The position numbers and the translations under genes were made by a program. DNA of 64,000 nucleotides from Ylistrum balloti (lineage: Eukaryota): positions 930,001 to 994,000 of the forward strand of contig NW_026782196.1 of the NCBI RefSeq assembly GCF_031769215.1, in the 5' to 3' direction. The notes under the pieces were generated by a model. It did no database searches and was not told where the DNA came from. It saw nothing but the letters and a program-made list of their open reading frames with translations. Shown piece after piece: positions 26,501 through 37,800 of this stretch. Numbering within the stretch: the stretch's first letter is position 1; every line of letters begins with the position of its first letter.

Positions 26501-29500
26501 GACAATTCATTAAGGTAAACTACAAAATCTATGTCTTTCACTGTGCTGAGTAAGCACCAGAGCTGGTCTCGTAAACTCTCTGTGTGAGAGCATTCGAGCA
26601 CGCTATGGATAATGATATCTTTATACTTGAAGCCACAGTAGTGACACAGGTAAATATTTTCATTTCGCGCATTTTAACGCTTAGTTTAACAATTCGTTTG
26701 ATATAAACACCATGTTGTGGAAAACGTAGAGCAAGTTTCCAAACCGGGTAAGGATGTATAGTGTTATGTAAGAGAATAAATCGAGAAAAATCACAATCTA
26801 CGTACATTCTTTCACATAATCTAGTTTCTTCATATTTTCTAACATGACCATTAATTAAAATCTTCTATTGTGATTTGTTAGGAAATACACCATTTTTCAT
26901 GAATTCAATAAGACATAGTACAAATTATATTTTTTTTAGAATATAAACAATATCAGGCACAAACCCTCTACTAAATGGGTCAGACTGAATTCAAATAACC
27001 GTTTAATAAAAATCTCGCATGTTAAATACCCCACATTCATTAAACAAATTCTACCAAGAAATTGCATTTTCTTTATACTGATATATACTTCAATTGAAAA
27101 CCACCCAAGCAAAGATGTAGACATGTCCGTTCTAGTTCTTAAATTGAAACCTTGAATTGATTTAACAATGAAATTCTGTGCCTTTCCTAACATATAAATT
27201 TCTCTTTGCTTTAACTGCCACAATTCACAACCATACAATGCTGAAGGGTAAACTTTAGACATGACTATTTTTGCAGTAGGTAGTTTATTTCTCTTTGCTT
27301 TAACTGCCACAATTCACAACCATACAATGCTGAAGAGTAAACTTTAGACTTGTCTATTCTTGCAGTATTGAAGGATTGAGCGTATATGGGTGTGCCCCAG
27401 AACGAATCAAAGACATTACTCCACACTTCAATATGGTGGCTGATATGTGCCATTTCATTATTTCGTTTTTTCGCCGCGAAAGAACGACAATTGTCGTTTT
27501 TTCGCCGCGCTAAACATCGTCTTTTCGCAGCAACAGAACGAAATAACGTAAGGCGAAATAACGAAAATATAAAGTCGCTGTTTGGCGACCCGAAATACTT
27601 TGCCCCGCCGTTTGTCGTTATTTCGCCCCGCCGTTTGTCGTTATTTCGCAGCGAAAAGACGACGTTTGTCGTTATTTCGCCCCGCCGTTTGTCGTTATTT
27701 CGCAGCGAAAAGACGACGTTTGTTGTTATTTCGCGGCAAAAAAACGAAATAACGAAATGGCACATATCAGCCACCATACTTCAACTTAGAACAAGCGCGT
27801 TCTGTGCGTTAGATATTATTATTTTTGCTGTTCAACGAAACACCAACATGTGTAATACTTTCAACAATTGGTAATTTCGAACCATACAGAGTCACATCAC
27901 ATGATACACTTGATTGGTTTTTGGAAGTGAAAATAAGGATCTTAGATTTAGCGGAAGAAATTTCCACTTTCGGCTGTATAACTCACAAAATGAGAGTAAA
28001 TGCTGTAAATCATAAACGCTGTTACTAACAAGACATATATCATCGGCTTGTGTGGGTATATCGACGCGTGAGGATAACACTACTGACCCTTTTCCGCTAG
28101 CTTCAACATGATTTAACAGACCATTTATAAAAACCAAATACAATTTCGCAGATAACGACCCACCTTGTAAAATCCCTCGCTTTATAGTTATATAATTTGA
28201 CTTAAAACCGTTGAAAATGACTCGACTAGTAAAATGAAAGTACATCTGATACATAATATTCCACGTTCTCCTTTTAATACCCAAGTTGTAAAGCTTATAG
28301 AATAGCCCGTCTTGTCAAACACAATCGAGGGCTTTATTACTATCTAAAAAGACAACAAACACTTCGGATGCATGGTCTAGATTATAATTGATGTTTTCTT
28401 GTAAATTAAAGGACGTACATAAACTACATAAATCCTTGCGATAGGCTGACTGGCGTCGGTTTGGAAATGAGTCTGACTCTAGGACTGGACTTAAACGGGT
28501 AGACAAAAAAGACTCAAATATTTTGAAAAATACAGGAATAAATGTTATGCCTCTGTAGCTGTTTGGATCGTCCTTCGGTTTCCGATTACCTTTGAACAGT
28601 GTAATTATCGTGCCCAATTTCCACGATTTTGGAATATATCCATACTTAACAATAATATTAAAAAGATATGTTATATGTGTGACAAGTGAACTGTTACAGT
28701 ATTTAACATGCTCAAACACAAGACCGTCTGGACCACCTGACTTTTTTGTTTTAAGACCTTTATATATCGAATAAATCTCTTCAAATGTAAACTCATTTTC
28801 TAGAAAGGTATCATGGTCAGTTTTGATGTTTTCCTTAATTGTCAATATATCATGTTGAACCTGATTTAAAGTATTAGCATCAAACATTTCGTTACTTTCA
28901 CTTTCAAAAAGCTTGCCAAAATGTTTACCCCATGCATTTACGATTTATCTCGGATCACGTAGGACCCGGCCATCATACTTCAACTCAGTCTGGGCTAATT
29001 TCGGTTTATGTGATTTACTTTTATATAATTGCCAGAATAGCGTTTGATCAACTTCACCGGACTGATCAATTTCAACAAATTGCCGACTCATATACTCGTC
29101 GAAAACATTTATTTCTAAAAATATTTTTGCATAATTTATAATCTAGAAAGTGAAAGTCATTACCTGAAAATAAACGTTATCTTTACACAATTTTCTTTTA
29201 AACAACATTTTGCTGTGTATCTCTGTTAATTGTTTGTTCCAATATGGTTTAAGATGTCCATTAAATGTACGTTTCTGAATGCAATGTTCTGACGCCTTTA
29301 ATAAAACATTTTTTAAACTTTCATAATATGAGTCAATCTCGTCATTCCATTTGATTTTCTCTGGAACAGTAATTAAACTGAGCTCAGAATCTACAATAAA
29401 CTTGTAATTGTTAATTTGACCATTATTCAATGCTTTCCGCCAGTTATATTTGGCATTATTTGTCCAATTGGTTAACGTAACTTGGGAATGTCGATACTAC

Positions 29501-31841
29501 AATAGACTGGGAGGTGATCTGATGAGTTTTCACCATCATCTAAGATTTCAGATTTTCTTACCAAATCTACCATACTACTTTCAACAACAATGTGGTCTAT
29601 TGTTGTACAGTTGCCAGAGACAGGACAGAAAGTGTATTAAGGCCCACTGCAATCACCTTGGACATTAACAGATACTTAATTATTTCTACTAAAAAAAGTT
29701 CCAAAAGCACTTGATCTAGCCTTACTGGGAAACTGATAATTTTCACGTTAAAGTCTCCAATAATTATAGCCCTCCCTTTTTCTAAATATACGGATACAAG
29801 AGATTCTAATGTATCTATAGTTTCCTTGAAAACATCCAAGTGTCTTAATGATGCTGGCATGTATACCGAAAAAAACATAGATGAAATTACGTTCAGATTC
29901 CAGAATCTCCATGCCAACCATTCGAGGACAATCTATAGTAATTTCCTGAACCCTTAAACTAGATTTGTACAGAATGCAAACGCCACCTCTAATATTGCAC
30001 GTATACCGAAACGGGTTTACCTTGCGGACTGGTTTTACAATGCATGAATAACCGGATTGGATGGAGGTATCAAAAAAGGACAAATGATATTCCCTTATCC
30101 AATGTTATGAGAGACTGCAAACATCAATTTTACGGTCTTCCAAACACTTTAACAAATATAGTTTACCTGACATTATTTACCATCCGGTATAGTAAAATAT
30201 AATATTACCCTGTTTATCATATAGTCTTTAATCAGTGTTATTTAAATTGAAACACGGTATAATGGATTTGAAGGAATTTGATGGAATGGAACATCGAGAA
30301 AGTGGTTTCTTATTATTAATCAGAATATCGGGTACCAATTGTATCTGTTTAAAACTAGTTCTGTTAATGAGATCGTTGTCCCTGGTTTTAAATTGATATA
30401 AAATACAGATACTTCATAACCATTTCCACTTCTTCAGAAATTTTTATTTTTATTTGCGTTTAAACTGAAAAGTTAATAATAAAAGAGAACAATGTATCTG
30501 TCGGTGATATACTCAATAAATTTATTTACCAGTTTATGAGGAACAGTTCGTGTTTAGTCAGTTCCGCCGTTATTGCTATAAGAGAAACAGACATTCTCGA
30601 AAGCTCGCAAAATACAGTTTTCAATTGTTGTTTATGTAACGATAAATATCTTCTTAAGTATTAATTACTTATACACTGTTTTAACGAACTATGATAACTT
30701 AATTAATAGTTTTAAATGACCGTCACACTAAACGTCAAAACACAAATTATTGATAATTTAACGAAATAGTTTTAAATGACCATCACACTCAACGTCAAAA
30801 CACAAATTATTGATAATTTAACTAAACAGATTTAAATGACCATCGCACTCAACGTCAAAACACAAATTATTGATAATTTAACTAAATAGATTTAAATGAC
30901 CATCGCACTCAACGTCAAAACACAAATTTTTGATAATTTAACTAAACAGATTTAAATAACCATCGCACTCAACGTCAAAACACAAATTATTGATAATTTA
31001 ACTAAATAGATTTAAATGACCATCGCACTCAACGTCAAAACACAAATTATTGATAATTTAACGAAATAGATTTAAATGACCATCGCACTCAACGTGAAAC
31101 ACAAATTATTGAAAATTTAACTAAACAGATTTAAATAACCATCGCACTCAACGTCAAAACACAAATTATTGATAATTTAACTAAATAGATTTAAATGACC
31201 ATCGCACTCAACGTCAAAACACAAATTATTGATAATTTAACTAAATAGATTTAAATGACCATCGCACTCAACGTGAAACACAAATTATTGATAATCTAAC
31301 GAACTATTTACAATAAATTACGACTACAACGCTAGTAACTGATGTTTCAATTCTAACTTATTAGTGTCATTTTTCAGATGATAACAGTAACACCTATCTG
31401 AATTTATTTCAATGAATGAATAAAGAACTCAATGAAAGCTCTTCATCAACATTTAACAAGGGACATATATAAACATGAACAACGTAATCCAATTTCGTAT
31501 ACCGTTATAGTAATAGAAACAAGTTTAAGCTGTTGAAGACATTCTACCCGGCAACCTGTCTGGTGAAAGCGATGATTTAATTAAGGTATCTGATAGACCG
31601 ATATGGAAATCGATTGTCTTTGTTTTACTTGATTGCTGTAAACATCGATCGAAGTACGTGTAATATTACATGTTATATTTCAAGATGTTCCTGGACATTT
31701 ATCGATCTGCTTTTTTCTCTAGACTAAACGTTATACGTGCGAATTAAATGCCTTCGATATATATATAATGAAAATATCAACAGCTCAGTGTCCGGTTCAA
31801 TATATGAGAATAATAATCAGAAACACGATGTGCATTATTAT

Positions 31842-31885
<44 letters not shown>

Positions 31886-34800
31886 ATGAATATTATGAGT
31901 GATTAAAGACAATTTAGATGGTGTTTTCCGTAATATTTTGCAGTTTTGGATTCAGTGATCGAAGCGAGTAGGACAATATAGATTTTCAATCAAGTACATT
32001 TAAATGTAAATACATGCTCTATAACAGACATTGTGAGATATATTACACAAGGGAACACTCAGGAATCAAGGAAATGAGCGTCATTCTGCTTGAGAAGAAA
32101 ATGACATTCATTAAAACAAATCTATATTAGTGAGACTCCAAAATCACCTTCCATTTCATAAAGTGATTTTTATTTATCAATATCGGTGTGTGTGCATTAT
32201 ATAACCTCTGTTTTTTCGATACGAATAATTATTAAGTATTTTTGCGTCTTCGTTACAACATATTTCGAATACTTAATTAAACTGCCCACGTTCAGATGTA
32301 CATTAACATGTAAAACAAGGAATCAGAGATGCTAATAATTCGGTCACGAAAAGTTGACCGATTTTTATACAAACAGGAAATGGAAATATCAGGTTTCGGA
32401 ATAATCGTCTTGATGTCTTCGAGTCTGTTCCGTTGTCTCATCTCAAATAAATCATTCAATATTCCAATAGGAAAATTAATTCAATGGAACACCAAGCTAA
32501 TAACATGGAAATATTGCAGGAGTGGTGGCCGATATGTACTACAGACATGGTATAAACGCCTTGATTGGACCGGCTTGTGCGTATGCATTGGATCCTGTAG
32601 GTCGTCTGGCCAACTACTGGAATATTCCGCTCATTACAGGTATACGTGTTACATTGTATCATTAAATATTACTGCATAGAATCTGAATATCGTCTGAATA
32701 AATACCAGTGGTCGATATTTATCCACATTACTGGTATGGGTGTAATTAAACACAGTGCGGAATAAAAATAGACAAATACAGGCGAATGATACTCAACATC
32801 GTTCGAACCCTGATGTGCTGGGTTTTACTTCGATTAGGAGATTACTTGTGTGGGACCCACAAATGAATTTAGTCGTATCTAGCATTTTGTTTGTATAACT
32901 GCCATAAAACTTTAGTGAAAAACCTAGCACTTTAGCATCACTGAGTCGTAGAAGGACAAAACAGCTGTATGATGTAGCATCACTGACGAGTCGTAGAAGG
33001 ACGAAACAGCTGTATGATGTAGCATCACTGACGAGTCGTAGAAGAACAAAACAGCTGTGTGTTGTAGCATCACTGACGAGTCAAAGAAAGACGAAAAAGC
33101 TGCATCATATAGCATCACTGACGAGTCTTAGAAGGACGAAATAGCTGTATGATGTAGCATCATTGACGAGTCGTAGAAGGACGAAACAGCTGTATGATGT
33201 AGAATCACTGACGAGTCGTAGAAGAACAAAACAGCTATGTGTTGTAGCATCACTGACAAGTCAAAGAAAGACGAAAAAACTGCATCATATAGCATCACTG
33301 ACGAGTCTTAGAAGGACGAAATAGCTGTATGATGTAGCATCATTGACAAGTCCAAGAAAGACGAAATAGCTGTATGATGTAGTATCACTGACAAGTCGTA
33401 GAAAGACAAAGCATATGTATGATGTAGCATCACTGACGAGTCCTAGAAGGACGAAACGTCTGTATGATGCAATTTAATTCATTATTTGACTCTACCCTGT
33501 CTTAAAATGAACTTTTCACTTTTGTGACTTTCGTACAGTCTTTCAGATTGCACATGTGAGACTTTGATTCCCCGAAATTTGCCGTAATGTGCAGTATGTA
33601 CACGGCACATTTAATTGATTTGAATTGTGTAGTGGCACGGTTCAGAATATACACTTGTACTTAGGACCTTTTGAAATTATCAGATGTATGAAAATAATAT
33701 ATGACATATGTTTTGATCATTTTGGATCATGTCTCAGTCGCCACTTGGTTAAAGATTAGTGTCCTTATCATCACTGACGTGTCCTAATAAATCGAAAATT
33801 CTGTATGATGCAGTTTAATTCATTATTTAACTCTACTGCACTTAATTCTAAATATGTATTAAAAAATTAATGACTTGTCTTTTTGTAATGACTGTGTAAA
33901 CACGAATTCATCGCAAATCTTCGCAACTTAAAATGTATCCAAATATCCTTTATCAAATTTTAAGGTCTGGGAGATGGTGGTATGTTTAAAAACAAGACCA
34001 ATTATCCAACCCTCACCAGACTTGCTTATTGCCAGTGTAGACTACGGAGGGTACTGGGTAGTATATTTGAGGAGTTTCATTGGACAGATGTAGCCATTGT
34101 ATATGACGTCAATGATGTTCACTCGGAAGTCCTCGGGTCCACCCTGAAGGTCGGTCTCCAAAAGCAAACTATATATCCTTTCATGTTTCCTTATTACGGA
34201 AAAGACAATCCCGATTTCAAAGCTATCCTTACAGAGGTCGCCATGGTTACTAGAGGTGAGAGATAATGATGTTGAGTGACGAAATATATTTATCTTTAGA
34301 ATTTCGAAAACCAGTGTATAGCTGAAGGCTGGATTTTATCATTTGAAGTCGAACAAATTGTTTAATTGTTGAAAACTGTTACCCACTTTATAGTTGGATA
34401 GAATGTAGTAAGTATTCTGTCATATAACAAATGGTTCCATGTTTATACTGATGTTTCAGAAGTATCTCAAGAACAATTGTATGATATCTGGCGTATTTAA
34501 CTGAATACTAACCGGTGTTTTGCAGTGATAGTCCTTGTTGCTCCTGGAGAGTCCGTGCGGAACCTCATGTTATCGGCTTTCGACCTTGGCTTTATAAACA
34601 CTGGCGAATTTGTTTTCTTCGATATCCATCTATTTTCTTTCCCTGGGGAATATTGGGGCAACCACGACTGGAGACGACACGACACACGTGACCAAGATGC
34701 CAGGAAATCATACGAAGCTATGTTTAGAATCAGTCTTCAAGTCCCGATAAGTGCCGAGTGGACGAACTTTACAAGAGAAGTCAAGTTGAAAGCTCAGCAA

Positions 34801-37800
34801 ATGTACAATTTCTCATTTTCTGACGAAGAGGTATTTTTTATTTTCTGGTGTATAGATTGCACACATCAATTTGATTTCGACATACTAAATACAAACATTC
34901 TAAAAATTCAATGTAACATATCAACACAGACAGCGATCCTTATTTCAATTGTAATATTAAGTGACACATCTATTGCTTTATACAAGCACCTTTTCTGTTA
35001 ACGTAAAGGTATTACATTTTGTAGTTCACCATTAGTTATTTAAATTATTATTCCTAATTGCATTCCTCATGGTAAGCTTGGCTAACCTTCTAAACTTAAC
35101 CCTATCTTATATTCCTAATTTCCAACATAAATACGTCTCTAGCATTCGTACCGGGATGCTTGATACTCGGCATGCTAAATATCTTCATATTTTATACCAA
35201 CAATCTTTGTGTTTTGTTGTCTGATTCTGATAGTAGTGGATACAAGTATATTTACGTAATAAAAATGACATTTCATCTTGTAATTTTGTCGGATAATAAA
35301 GAGTTTTGATGAACGTTGTCTCTCAAGCACTGGTAATATCTTCATGTTGGATTTTATCTTATAAGGTGAATTTTTTTATCGGAGCTTTCCATGACGCAGT
35401 GCTGTTATATGGAATCGCCCTAAACGAGAGTCTCAACAACATCTCAGCGCTAAACGACGGCTACACATTCACCAGAGCGATGTGGGACAGGACATTTCAA
35501 GGTACCGATACTGATTACCTTTCAAAATACCTACACGAGAACAAAGCAAAACATGATATTGATTAAATATCTATATCCGCGAATAAAGTCGTATTTTGGA
35601 ACACGTTTGCCATATCCGGAGACAGTTCCGTGAAAATTGTTTATTTCCGTCAATTTTTTAAGTCAAAGTTACTTCCGGTCTTCGATAAACGCGTGTTTAA
35701 CCATAAAACTCGCTTTTTCACAATTATATTCGTAAATTTACATCATTATCTCAGTTTATTCTATGTCGATCCTTAAACAATTGGTATCTTTTAAAAACTC
35801 GTCAAAAAGTTTTAACAAATTTTTTATTTGATGATGTTCCGAAGTGATGGAATGTACTGTAATGCTTTCAATAGATCTGATCCAGTTTTATTGATGTAGT
35901 TTGAAAAAAAGAAGGTTATGAACTTTGATTAACAATTTTTCATTTTTTTATCATTACTGTATAATAATGCAATATATCGACACAAACTGACGATTCCACA
36001 GATTGAAAATTCTCAGGAATAACAAAATAAAGAAAATCACGTGACTGGCATGGCTAAATTGCCATTTTTGGTCAAACTCGATATGGAACTATTATATTAA
36101 AATGATACAGTGGCTTGAATTTATCAAGTTACCACTGAACTGAAGGACATTAGTATCTCCCCATTACCATTCCTGATTATATCGTTATGGAAACTATAAG
36201 TGCTGATAAATATTGATGGTCTGCTATCACAACTAAACGTATAAAACCAAAATATTGGTGCCGAAGAGTTACCAGTTTCCAGTCATTATCATATAAAAGT
36301 GTAGTGATACATTATTTAATTACTTTTCACTCGATATCTGTGTTTTTATCGATGTCTTTGATGACAGTTTACGCGCTATCTACTCAAATATTTTAATCAT
36401 ACTAAAACGCGCACCACAGATCAGCTTAGAGGAATTCACGGTTCTGTGAAAGATTACTAGGAATAGTGGTAGGACAACAAAGAAACAAATATGTATGTGA
36501 TATGATTCCTGTCTGATATCTCAGCTGATCTTATCATTCTCCCCTTTATTCTTTTCTATGTAATCTCGTAATCGTGCATGCTGTCCTTACCTTTAAGCTT
36601 AAGGGCATGCTCCTCTAGTGTGTTGTGACGAAGTAGCATCTCCCATCTATCTAAGTTTTCTTATCTTGTAAGTTGCCGTTTTGATGCGTTTTTCGTCCTT
36701 TTTGATGTTCTGTTGTTTTATGATAGTTCTGAGTGCTAACACTGTAACATCTGGTACATTGAATTGTAAATGTTTAGTCTTACATGGTGGTGCCGTGTTT
36801 TCTTTTGACATTTTGTTGTTAGTGCTGTTGACAATTTTGTTCGAAGTGGTTTTTTAAATTATTTATACTGTCCCAAATTTTTGAGAGAACTATATTGTGT
36901 GCAATCACAGTATATCGGCATACAACATTCAATAGGCTGCTGAATGTAGTATATACATTCAATAGACTGCTGAATGTAGTAATCTATGTGGTATACTGTA
37001 AGTACTACCGACATCAACCTTTCTCTCTGTTGAAGATATCTTAATCGATGACCCCTTTATATTTTTTAATATCACAGGTGTAACCGGAAGTGTGATTATA
37101 GACGATAATGGGGATCGGGATACAAGCTATTCCATCCTTGACTTGGACCCAAACACAGGCGAATTTCACGTACGTCAAATGATATTTATCATGAACCATG
37201 CTACCTGCGATATATATATATATATACAAACACTTCAGAATAATACAAATATACTGTTTTAAATGAAGACCTATGGTTTTATTAATTCATTAATACTTTC
37301 TGCGGGTTTGGGGATATGACATACTGAAGACTGTGGATGAAACATGACCTCAATTATAGGTGTCAAAATTTGTCATTTACACGAATAAGGACGCGACTGA
37401 TGGGTTGTATGAATGAATAATTGATTTGTTTTCAAAGACCGTGAAATGTTCTTAACCAACATTTGTGATATTCGACGTTAAATTTTTGTTTTCAATGAAT
37501 TTTTACAATGTTTATATTACATCAGTTGACACATCTCTGATACAAGTTTGTACAGTAGCGACTCGTCAATGATATCGATATAGTGTAAACAGTATGGATT
37601 AAATGTACGTTACTGATTACTAACGGTCTCCTTGATTAGAGTTGTATACAGTCTAATGGCTAGTCGCATGGCAATTCGATATGTAACGCCTTTTAATTAA
37701 TAATATATAGATATTACATAATATATTTAATATTTATTTTCGTCACAATTAAGCGTAAAAGTACAACACAGCCATGCATGTGAGGGGCAAATATATTACC

